Virus record (IMG/VR): IMGVR_UViG_3300021438_000002
Reading direction: 5' to 3' (one strand)
DNA length: 35,868 nt
From: an uncultured virus (IMG/VR IMGVR_UViG_3300021438_000002)
Taxonomy: Duplodnaviria > Heunggongvirae > Uroviricota > Caudoviricetes
Shown here: positions 18,519-25,499 of the stretch, piece by piece
Numbering within the stretch: the first letter of the stretch is position 1
How the letters are laid out: each line of letters starts with the position of its first letter
The notes under the pieces: model-generated
Databases searched by the model: none
Seen by the model: only the letters and a program-made list of their open reading frames with translations
Told to the model about the DNA's origin: nothing
Translations under genes and position numbers: made by a program

Positions 18519-18888
18519 CTGGTTCCTCCATGAGTACCTCTAGTTGATGTTTGATGCTGTATGCAAATACAGTCAGAGCCAATCGACCCTCGAACTGTTG
18601 TAACTCTTCTTGCTTTGTAACTGTGTCCAATAAAGTGATAGCCCAATCTAACTGACTGTCTTGACCTCTTTGGTGCTCCTCCGAGAACTCGGATGGTCGT
18701 ACAAGAACATCACTGCCTGTTTGATTGACAGGCAGATGGTTCTGCATGTAACGGAGACTCATGGAGAATGCTTTGAGTGTTTGTTGTCCGTTGTAGTCCT
18801 TAGTCAGTTCATCACTGACCAGTCCGTTCAGTACTTCGATTGCCTCTTTCAAAGCATGAAGTTGCCCTTGTTTGTAATCGCTACTCAT
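18493..18888 (-). CDS. Hypothetical protein with an internal tandem duplication
   Basis: YKQGQLHALKEAIEVL...GQQTLKAFS vs HQRGQDSQLDWAITLL...GRLALTVFA. Confidence 0.6.
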   Translation of the reverse strand: MSSDYKQGQLHALKEAIEVLNGLVSDELTKDYNGQQTLKAFSMSLRYMQNHLPVNQTGSDVLVRPSEFSEEHQRGQDSQLDWAITLLDTVTKQEELQQFEGRLALTVFAYSIKHQLEVLMEEPDADIHNNN

Positions 18889-19111
18889 TTATTGCCTCCA
18901 AATACTCTGCGATTTCCCTGAATAGTTCAGCAGTGGAGACACCAAGTCCCACTGCAATAGCCTCCAGAACTGCACTGGATGGCTCTTTGTTGCCTCTTTC
19001 GATGTCCGACAGATGTCCTATGGAGACATAAGGAGTCATCCTACGGAGCGTAATGTTCTGCTCGTTTCGTAATCTCCTGATTGTGTCACCTACTGCGTAT
19101 TTGAGTTCCAT
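18881..19111 (-). CDS. XRE/ClgR-like HTH regulator
   Basis: GDTIRRLR.EQ..TLR...VSIGHLSDIERGNKEPSS.VL. Confidence 0.85.
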   Translation of the reverse strand: MELKYAVGDTIRRLRNEQNITLRRMTPYVSIGHLSDIERGNKEPSSAVLEAIAVGLGVSTAELFREIAEYLEAINE

Positions 19112-19323
19112 TAGTCTCTCCCTACATCAACATTGTTTTCAGCATCGCACTCTTCACAGTGCACGATTACTTCGTCACTACCTCGTGTGCCAACTGCATC
19201 TACACCATCGTTATAGTGCTCACAGTCTCCACAATCGAATGAGACAGTCATTGCAACTTCGTCATCCCAAGGTGTGGCTGTTCGCCAGCCATCATAGCCT
19301 CCACCGATGTCATAACCACTCAT
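19111..19323 (-). CDS. Acidic zinc-ribbon protein
   Basis: CxxC...CxxC; coupled ORF. Confidence 0.55.
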   Translation of the reverse strand: MSGYDIGGGYDGWRTATPWDDEVAMTVSFDCGDCEHYNDGVDAVGTRGSDEVIVHCEECDAENNVDVGRD

Positions 19324-19553
19324 TACTTCCACTCCTCACCGATGGCAGTCATCAGTTCGTTGGGGCTCACCTTTAGAGCCTTGCACAGTTCCGCCATCGT
19401 GCCTGATGGCAGTTGGCGTTCCAGATGGAAGTACCTGCTAAGGCTTGACTTTTGCATCCCAGTTGCGATTGCAAACTGGGTCAGTGACTTGTGTCCTAGT
19501 TTCTTGTAGCGTGCTACGAACCAGTCCCATGTGATTTGTTCTTGCTTACTCAT
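19323..19553 (-). CDS. XRE-family HTH protein
   Basis: SLTQFAIATGMQKSSLSRYF...LCKALKVSPNEL. Confidence 0.8.
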   Translation of the reverse strand: MSKQEQITWDWFVARYKKLGHKSLTQFAIATGMQKSSLSRYFHLERQLPSGTMAELCKALKVSPNELMTAIGEEWK

Positions 19554-19848
19554 TGTTATCCTCCTCTAAGGATTTGTTGGTGTCTTTCCATGCAGTTAGG
19601 TCATCAAGTAATCCAAGGTTCTCTTGGTCTCGTGTCCATCGCAGAAACTCTGCCTGCTCGTCTTCTGACCAACCCTCAAAGAACTTTTTGACGATGGCAG
19701 TGTAGCCATCCTGTTCGTCCCAGTACAGGTTGACGAAGACATCTTTGCCCTTATACCTAAATGCGATTGGTCGTTTCCATGCCTGCACTTCATCAGCATT
19801 GACATAGGCGATGTCGATGTCTGGGTGCTCTTGCTCGTTGTTACTCAT
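19546..19848 (-). CDS. Hypothetical early protein
   Basis: GGAGGA RBS, ATGAGTAA overlap. Confidence 0.65.
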   Translation of the reverse strand: MSNNEQEHPDIDIAYVNADEVQAWKRPIAFRYKGKDVFVNLYWDEQDGYTAIVKKFFEGWSEDEQAEFLRWTRDQENLGLLDDLTAWKDTNKSLEEDNNE

Positions 19849-20023
19849 TGTTGTCCTCCTTAGAGACAGGGTTTGCCTTGCCCACTACTTCCCATGTGAA
19901 TGGGGTAGAGGTAAGTTCTTGTGTTGATTTGATGATTTCTTCAGCCTTAGCCCATGAGTGAACCTCATAGACAGGATGAATGTTGTTGACTTCATCGTGG
20001 ATGATTAGCGAATAGATTTCCAT
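19841..20023 (-). CDS. Hypothetical early protein
   Basis: AAGGAG RBS. Confidence 0.6.
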   Translation of the reverse strand: MEIYSLIIHDEVNNIHPVYEVHSWAKAEEIIKSTQELTSTPFTWEVVGKANPVSKEDNNE

Positions 20024-20145
20024 TGTTGCTCCTTAGTGTGTTGTTGTTCGTTGCGTTCTCCATAAGCCATGAGTTTTTGAAACCCACGACCCGCAAAGAA
20101 CCCGATGATTAGTACCAGTAGTGTGAACCCGTTGATTACTACCAT
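20005..20145 (-). CDS. 46-aa single-TM microprotein (MVVINGFTLLVLIIGFFAGRG...)
   Basis: TAATG coupling; hydrophobic helix. Confidence 0.5.
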   Translation of the reverse strand: MVVINGFTLLVLIIGFFAGRGFQKLMAYGERNEQQHTKEQQWKSIR

Positions 20146-20324
20146 TAGTTATTACCTGCCCAACTCTTTATTTCAGCCATAAACTCTTCGTCATCACTTG
20201 TGCCACCAAGTAAATACACAGCAAGTTCTACTTGACCTCGTAGGTATTCAGCGTTGGTTGAGCCATTGTTGTAAAGATAAATGGCATTCTTTATCCATTG
20301 TTTCAGCACTTTATTGCTTGTCAT
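20145..20324 (-). CDS. Hypothetical early protein (start MTSNKVLK)
   Basis: GAGGAGAACTAATG start signal. Confidence 0.6.
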   Translation of the reverse strand: MTSNKVLKQWIKNAIYLYNNGSTNAEYLRGQVELAVYLLGGTSDDEEFMAEIKSWAGNN

Positions 20325-20464
20325 TAGTTCTCCTCTGTTTGATGGCACTCGCACTGGCAAGTCCATGACTTGTCGTACCAAGTGATTGTGTGCTTACACT
20401 TATCGTGGGTTAGAGTTCGGCAGAACCCCGAGATGTATCGGGGCTCCGCCTGCTCCATAGCCAC

Positions 20465-20623
20465 TTAGTCGTTCTCCGCAGGCATCTCTACCTGCTCTAG
20501 CCATACGATTTCCATGCCATCAGGCATGGTTGGGGATGTGCTCATGACCAGTTGTTCTGCCTCCTCCTTAGAGTTGGCAGTCACGCTGACATGCACATCG
20601 AATGCGAATGTAAACTTCTCCAT
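20465..20623 (-). CDS. 52-aa protein (MEKFTFAFDVHVSVTANSKEEAEQ...)
   Basis: GGAGGTGGACTAATG start; V.A.S.EEA motif. Confidence 0.6.
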   Translation of the reverse strand: MEKFTFAFDVHVSVTANSKEEAEQLVMSTSPTMPDGMEIVWLEQVEMPAEND

Positions 20624-21081
20624 TAGTCCACCTCCTTAGTGTCCATAAGAATGTTGATGACCTCCACGATGGATGGGTCAGTGTTGTTTGCGATGTCATC
20701 GAATGCATCGACCTGTTCGCCAGTCCACTTGCCAACATCAGCAATCAGGATGTCGCACTGACCCCATGACCCATCATCAGCAACCCACAGTTTTTCCTTG
20801 TGGAGCGTGTACTTGGTCGCTGGTTCTGGAGTTGACTCCTTTACGAACTTTGCGAACTGGATAAGTCTGGCGTAGTTGTTCTCAATCTCTTCAAGAATGA
20901 ACTCTGCCCACTTATCCTCGTGAGGTTGCCAGACCACAATCTCTTTATGGCTAGGGTAGTCCTGCTCGTCTTTACCTAAACTTTCCAAGACTTCTTCGTA
21001 AGTTAGGTTTCCCCAGTCCGACAGAACAAGACCTAAAGCGATGCGTTCGGACTCTTTGATGATTTCAGGTGATAGTTTCAT
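20623..21081 (-). CDS. Hypothetical two-domain protein sharing its C-terminal domain with the upstream gene
   Basis: TKYTLHKEKLWVADDGSWG. Confidence 0.65.
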   Translation of the reverse strand: MKLSPEIIKESERIALGLVLSDWGNLTYEEVLESLGKDEQDYPSHKEIVVWQPHEDKWAEFILEEIENNYARLIQFAKFVKESTPEPATKYTLHKEKLWVADDGSWGQCDILIADVGKWTGEQVDAFDDIANNTDPSIVEVINILMDTKEVD

Positions 21082-21443
21082 TAGTTGACCTCTCTAGTGA
21101 TGTCGATGATGTCCATAACATCTTCAATAGTTGGTTCTCCAGAGTCAGTGATGTGCTCCAGAGCGTTGTTTTGTGAGTTTGACCAACCATTCCTGTCAGT
21201 GACAAGAATGTCGCCCTCTCCATAAGAACCATCATCAGCAACCCAGAACTTCTCCTTGTGGAGCGTGTACTTGGTGCTGACCAACTGGGTTAGTAACTTC
21301 TTTAGCACGAGGTTGTAAGCCTCATGTGCTCCATGTGCATAGGCGTAGTCCAGTTCCATGTCTTTTTCTGCTGTGTCTGCCATTTCTTGAGCAAAGACCT
21401 CTGCCTGTTGTTCAACAAATGCGATTAGTTCGTGATTACTCAC
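21081..21443 (-). CDS. Hypothetical two-domain protein (GTG start 21443)
   Basis: AGGAGG RBS; TKYTLHKEKFWVADDGSYG. Confidence 0.65.
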   Translation of the reverse strand: MSNHELIAFVEQQAEVFAQEMADTAEKDMELDYAYAHGAHEAYNLVLKKLLTQLVSTKYTLHKEKFWVADDGSYGEGDILVTDRNGWSNSQNNALEHITDSGEPTIEDVMDIIDITREVN

Positions 21444-21485
21444 TGTGTGCCTCCTAGGCGTTTGTTTGATGCTGATGTTACAGCG

Positions 21486-21527
21486 TGCATGGGTGAGGAG
21501 TTGAACCCCACCTGCGACCATCCATGC
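21486..21527 (-). ncRNA. tRNA-like minihelix (acceptor stem + T arm only)
   Basis: GCATGGA-N10-TGGGG TTCAACT CCTCA-CCCATGC-A in an intergenic gap. Confidence 0.5.
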
Positions 21528-21537
21528 CCTCGCAGAC

Positions 21538-21828
21538 CTATTCTGCGAACTGTTCTAACCACGATGCAAAGCCAATCAGTACCAATCTGTCTGGATGGGT
21601 TTTGATTGTATCGAGTAGCACTGACAGATAAACGGAACTCATAAGCGTTGCCCCCACAAGTGAGTGCCCTACCTTAGCCATTTCTTCTCGTTCGAACTCG
21701 TTGGTGAACTCGTAGATGCCCAGACTCTCCCTTGATAGGTCAGTCAGGTTCACCTCTTGCACCTCTGCATTGTAGAGATTGGTTTTGTTGTTGTAGGTCA
21801 GTACGACCTGTTTGCGTTTGTTACTCAT
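21538..21828 (-). CDS. Hypothetical early protein (start MSNKRKQ)
   Basis: GAGGA RBS. Confidence 0.6.
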   Translation of the reverse strand: MSNKRKQVVLTYNNKTNLYNAEVQEVNLTDLSRESLGIYEFTNEFEREEMAKVGHSLVGATLMSSVYLSVLLDTIKTHPDRLVLIGFASWLEQFAE

Positions 21829-21830
21829 TG

Positions 21831-22100
21831 CTATTCCTCTTCTTCTTGGAACTCGTTGCGACATGACCAGCACATCGTCCACATGATTGCCTCGTCACTA
21901 TCCATGCCTCGTTCACACACAGGGCAGACTGCGACCAGTTCGATGGCGTAACTCTTCTTGTCGAAGACCACACCACCAGCCTCGTTTACGGATTGCACTA
22001 TTCTTAGTCGAGCAATCTCCATAGCCTCCTCCACATCCTCCACAACGATTTGTCCGTTAGCGTGGGCTGTTTCGGTGATGATGTATGCATACTTAGGCAT
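21831..22100 (-). CDS. MPKY-type small protein with C-terminal zinc ribbon
   Basis: CPVC...CWSC. Confidence 0.6.
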   Translation of the reverse strand: MPKYAYIITETAHANGQIVVEDVEEAMEIARLRIVQSVNEAGGVVFDKKSYAIELVAVCPVCERGMDSDEAIMWTMCWSCRNEFQEEEE

Positions 22101-22261
22101 TAGTTCACCTCTTCTTCTAGTTGAACGCTAACGCTTGCGACATCATCGCCATCGTCATCAAAGCGTTGCTGAATAGCCCAAGCAATCTCCTGTGCTAGGT
22201 CTGCTGGGTTGATGACCTCTGCATGCTGGTTCCACTCTATGTTGATTTCGTATTTAGGCAT
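22100..22261 (-). CDS. 53-aa protein (MPKYEINIEW...), absent from ORF track
   Basis: AAGGAGAACTAATG start; TAATG coupling. Confidence 0.6.
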   Translation of the reverse strand: MPKYEINIEWNQHAEVINPADLAQEIAWAIQQRFDDDGDDVASVSVQLEEEVN

Positions 22262-22270
22262 TAGTTCTCC

Positions 22271-22465
22271 TTATCTGCCAAAGGTAACTGTTGATAGGTA
22301 CTTGGTTGCGAACACCTCGGCTTGCTCAGGTGTATCGCATTGTTCGTGGAAGTCCCATACGAAGTTGAGTGCTCCATTAGACCTCCGTAGGAACAGAGCC
22401 CAACCTCCATCTCCGTTCCATTGGAGTTGGAGGTCAGGGCGTGCAAGGATTGAATACCGCTCCAT
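22271..22465 (-). CDS. Hypothetical early protein
   Basis: GGAG...AACTAATG start. Confidence 0.6.
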   Translation of the reverse strand: MERYSILARPDLQLQWNGDGGWALFLRRSNGALNFVWDFHEQCDTPEQAEVFATKYLSTVTFGR

Positions 22466-22794
22466 TAGTTGTACTCCATAAGGGTCTGCACTTGTTTGTC
22501 AGTTAGACCAACAGTGTTGCCCTCACTATTAGCACCACCAGTGATGATGACATTGCCCACCATGTAATCGGTGGCTCCATAGTCATCAGTCCATAGGGCT
22601 GTGGCGATTGGGTTGAGTTCAAGCCCGTACATCTTGCCCTCCTCGTTTAGATAGAGGTCTATACCCTTGGAGTGCAGGCGGACTAACTGTATCCAGCCTC
22701 CGACTGTGCCTTGGGCTAGTTTGAGGAATGTATCCTCGGTAAACTCCACAACTGATTTAGAGCCATCAGTGTTGATGATAAGTGCCTTTTCCAT
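22465..22794 (-). CDS. DUF3846-family protein
   Basis: Q..VGGWIQ.V...LYLNEEGK..GL..N.IAT.L...D..VGNVII.G...EG....L. Confidence 0.85.
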   Translation of the reverse strand: MEKALIINTDGSKSVVEFTEDTFLKLAQGTVGGWIQLVRLHSKGIDLYLNEEGKMYGLELNPIATALWTDDYGATDYMVGNVIITGGANSEGNTVGLTDKQVQTLMEYN

Positions 22795-23021
22795 TAGTTC
22801 TCCTCCCAGTCTCGGGTTGCTGTTGCGAATGCCCAGATGATAACTGCGACTGCTGATGTAATGTACACACTTGCCACGATGATTGAGTTGACATAGCGGT
22901 CAAGCGTGGCACTGTTGTACACCTCGTACTCGAAGTAATACCTCTTGGCTAGAGATAGTAGGGGCACTGCATTGAGTGCCAATACCATTGCTAGGGCTAG
23001 TTTCATTGCAAAGTACTTCAT
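22794..23021 (-). CDS. Small two-TM membrane protein (start MKYFAMK)
   Basis: GAGGAGG RBS; two hydrophobic segments. Confidence 0.6.
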   Translation of the reverse strand: MKYFAMKLALAMVLALNAVPLLSLAKRYYFEYEVYNSATLDRYVNSIIVASVYITSAVAVIIWAFATATRDWEEN

Positions 23022-23242
23022 TAGTTGCCTCCTCGTTTGGCATTGGCTTGGATAAGAATGGCACCCAGATTGGTGCCAAGGTCTTCGTGCTGTTCGTCTC
23101 CTCTGGCACCTGACCACTTTTCAGTTTCAGGGTCATAGACACTTTGCTCTCGGTCGTTGAGCATGTCAGTCATGTCGTACTCGACACCCCAGTTTCGGGT
23201 CTTCGAGTTGTACACGACTACATAGTGGTATTGCTTACTCAT
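23021..23242 (-). CDS. Hypothetical early protein
   Basis: GAGGA RBS, overlap. Confidence 0.6.
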   Translation of the reverse strand: MSKQYHYVVVYNSKTRNWGVEYDMTDMLNDREQSVYDPETEKWSGARGDEQHEDLGTNLGAILIQANAKRGGN

Positions 23243-23474
23243 TGCTGTCCTCTATTCCTTGTTGAGTTTTCCATTGGTGAACGAAGTCAGCCAGTTCTTC
23301 ATTAGCGTACCCAAGGTTCAAGATGCCATCACCATCGGGGTCATTCTCCTGAATGAACTTTGCGAACTGTTCGTTGGTTAGGTCGAAGATGTCTGGTGTC
23401 CAGTACGCAACTAGCACTGGAGCATCAGGGTCTTGTTTGGATAAGTCAGCGATTAGGTCTTTGATTGTGCTCAT
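23235..23474 (-). CDS. Hypothetical early protein
   Basis: T.KDLI..L...DPDAPVLV small phage-protein motif. Confidence 0.6.
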   Translation of the reverse strand: MSTIKDLIADLSKQDPDAPVLVAYWTPDIFDLTNEQFAKFIQENDPDGDGILNLGYANEELADFVHQWKTQQGIEDSNE

Positions 23475-23719
23475 TAGAACTCCTCCTCTTCATCCTCGTG
23501 AGTGTTGCCGATGGCTGATAGGTCTAGGACTCCATTGCCAACTACTTCTTTTGGCTCGTCCCAGTCAGTCTCTCCGTTCTTCCACCACTTCTCGGACTCT
23601 GGTAGGTCATCCACATCGAATACCTCGTCCATAAGTTCCTTAGCGTGCTCCAGAGAGTCCGCCTCGAACTGAACGATGTGTGTGGTTGTTTCGTATTGTC
23701 TGAATGTGTACTTTGGCAT
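23474..23719 (-). CDS. MPKY-type small acidic protein
   Basis: FEADSLEHAKE motif; GAGGAG RBS. Confidence 0.65.
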   Translation of the reverse strand: MPKYTFRQYETTTHIVQFEADSLEHAKELMDEVFDVDDLPESEKWWKNGETDWDEPKEVVGNGVLDLSAIGNTHEDEEEEF

Positions 23720-24054
23720 TAGTTATACTCCTCGGTTAGTTGGTCGTAGATTGGTTGTAGCACTTGGTAATACTTGTTGTCATCCTCGATGCTGTGAGCA
23801 AGTAAGCCCATCAACACTTCGGCTTGATGCGGTGTAACTTTGATTGTGAATGCTGAAGGCGAAGAGTCTTCTTCTTCTTCATCGACCTCCACAGTCTCTT
23901 CCATAGCCTCCACTGGTGACTCCCAGTCGTGGTCTCCGTTTATCCAGTCATCTGCCTCTGCTTTGGTATCGAATGTTCCAACCCATGAGACTGGTACCCA
24001 TCCATAGCCCTCTCCATAGTTCACATAGACTCTCCATACTGTCTTAGTTGCCAT
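23719..24054 (-). CDS. Hypothetical acidic protein (start MATKTVW)
   Basis: GGAGGAG RBS upstream of ATG 24054. Confidence 0.65.
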   Translation of the reverse strand: MATKTVWRVYVNYGEGYGWVPVSWVGTFDTKAEADDWINGDHDWESPVEAMEETVEVDEEEEDSSPSAFTIKVTPHQAEVLMGLLAHSIEDDNKYYQVLQPIYDQLTEEYN

Positions 24055-24508
24055 TTGTTTCTCCTCCGTTAGTTGTTGTTTCATTGGTTGCTTGTTGCTG
24101 TAAGTCGCAAAGGTCACATCCGCAACCCTCGTCATCAGGGTCATCAGGGTCATAGCCGACATGCTGGTCTAGCGGTAAGCACGATGGGTGGTAGTTCCAC
24201 CCCTCTGCATCACGAACTTCGCAGTCCAGATAGATTTGCTTGTCGCACTCGTCACAGTTGAACCCAGAGCACTCGGCACATCCCCAGCCATCATCAACTG
24301 GCAAGCGGTTTACGAACCTGCCATAGCCGAACGCTGTGCTTTCGCCACAGTAGGTGCAGGGGTCGATGACCTCCACAGGTGTTGTATTAGTCTCCATTAG
24401 TTCTCCATCAGTTGTAGGTGTGTATTCTTGATTGCCCTCACATAGAGGGCAGAATGGTGTGCAGTCGAACGAGCCCTCATGATTAGGGCAGATGATTGTC
24501 TTACTCAT
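24044..24508 (-). CDS. Cys-rich multi-zinc-finger protein
   Basis: Multiple CxxC; in-frame internal GGAGAACTAATG start at 24397. Confidence 0.6.
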   Translation of the reverse strand: MSKTIICPNHEGSFDCTPFCPLCEGNQEYTPTTDGELMETNTTPVEVIDPCTYCGESTAFGYGRFVNRLPVDDGWGCAECSGFNCDECDKQIYLDCEVRDAEGWNYHPSCLPLDQHVGYDPDDPDDEGCGCDLCDLQQQATNETTTNGGETNGN

Positions 24509-24684
24509 TAGTTCTCCAGTTTCATGTCAGGGCAGTAAGCCTCGTGCAGTTTCCAGAACAGGTTGTCCACTCCACGCCACCACCAGAAGTGGTACCACTT
24601 GCTGGAATGGGCGTACATCTGGCACAAGTATGGTGCGGTCGCACAGGACTCTTTGGTGCAGTTGAACAGGTTTAGTCTTGCCAT
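24508..24684 (-). CDS. 58-aa Cys/His/Trp-rich protein (MARLNLFNCTKESC...), absent from ORF track
   Basis: AAGGAG RBS; TAATG coupling downstream. Confidence 0.55.
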   Translation of the reverse strand: MARLNLFNCTKESCATAPYLCQMYAHSSKWYHFWWWRGVDNLFWKLHEAYCPDMKLEN

Positions 24685-24708
24685 TGGTTTGCTCCTTGGT
24701 TGGGGGGC

Positions 24709-24730
24709 GAGGGGGGCGTGTGCCCCCCTC
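24709..24730 (-). repeat. G6/C6 intergenic hairpin, copy 1
   Basis: GAGGGGGGC-N4-GCCCCCCTC. Confidence 0.8.
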
Positions 24731-24741
24731 TATTGGTTGAT

Positions 24742-25410
24742 TTAGGCGTAGTCAATACGATAAGTAAGTAGTTCTTCAATCAGTTGCTCATAGGTGTCAG
24801 CACTGATGCTCACTTCACCCTTGACCTTGGTCATGAACACCGCATTATCATCATCAAGCGTGGCAACTTTGTTATCAGGTGTCAGCCACTGCTGGTCGAT
24901 GGTGGTGTAGATGCTGAACTTAGAGTTAGCACCGAACATTTCCTTGTGGGCATCTCTTAGGCGTGTCTCTCGGTCTTCCTTAGCCTGACGGAGGGCTGGC
25001 AACACTGCCTGCTCGTGGTCATACCTGCGAGCCTGCTCTGCCTCTTGTTTCTTCTGGCGTGCATCCACAGTGCTCCACATAACCTCCACAGCACTCCACA
25101 TCCCCCAGATTTCCTTGGGTGATGCTAGAGCCTGCATCTCCTGACCAGCCTCGTTGATGTGTTTGACGAGGAACTTGAATGTCTTGGCACCTTGCAGTGC
25201 TGGTAGTAGTAGGTCTGGTTTGCTGGCGAGGTTGGCTGGTGTCTCCCAGCCATGAAATGTCTCTTGGTACTTGGTGTGGTTCACCAGTTGCACCTTGATT
25301 ACATCCTGCTTGCGACAGGTCTCGATGGTGCGGAACCTCTGGTGCACATAACCTGACTGGGCTACCAGTTCATCGGTCAGTTGTAGTTTTAGAATGTCTT
25401 TGACTAGCAT
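24742..25410 (-). CDS. Hypothetical early protein (start MLVKDILK)
   Basis: AAGGAG RBS before ATG 25410; central coiled coil. Confidence 0.7.
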   Translation of the reverse strand: MLVKDILKLQLTDELVAQSGYVHQRFRTIETCRKQDVIKVQLVNHTKYQETFHGWETPANLASKPDLLLPALQGAKTFKFLVKHINEAGQEMQALASPKEIWGMWSAVEVMWSTVDARQKKQEAEQARRYDHEQAVLPALRQAKEDRETRLRDAHKEMFGANSKFSIYTTIDQQWLTPDNKVATLDDDNAVFMTKVKGEVSISADTYEQLIEELLTYRIDYA

Positions 25411-25466
25411 GATTGCTCCTTGATTGGGTTGGGTGTTTGATGGGTGTTTGGGTGTTTGGTTTTTGA

Positions 25467-25492
25467 GGAGGGGGGCTCCATAGCCCCCCTCC
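25467..25492 (-). repeat. G6/C6 intergenic hairpin, copy 2
   Basis: GGAGGGGGGCT-N4-AGCCCCCCTCC. Confidence 0.8.
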
Positions 25493-25499
25493 ATAGGTG

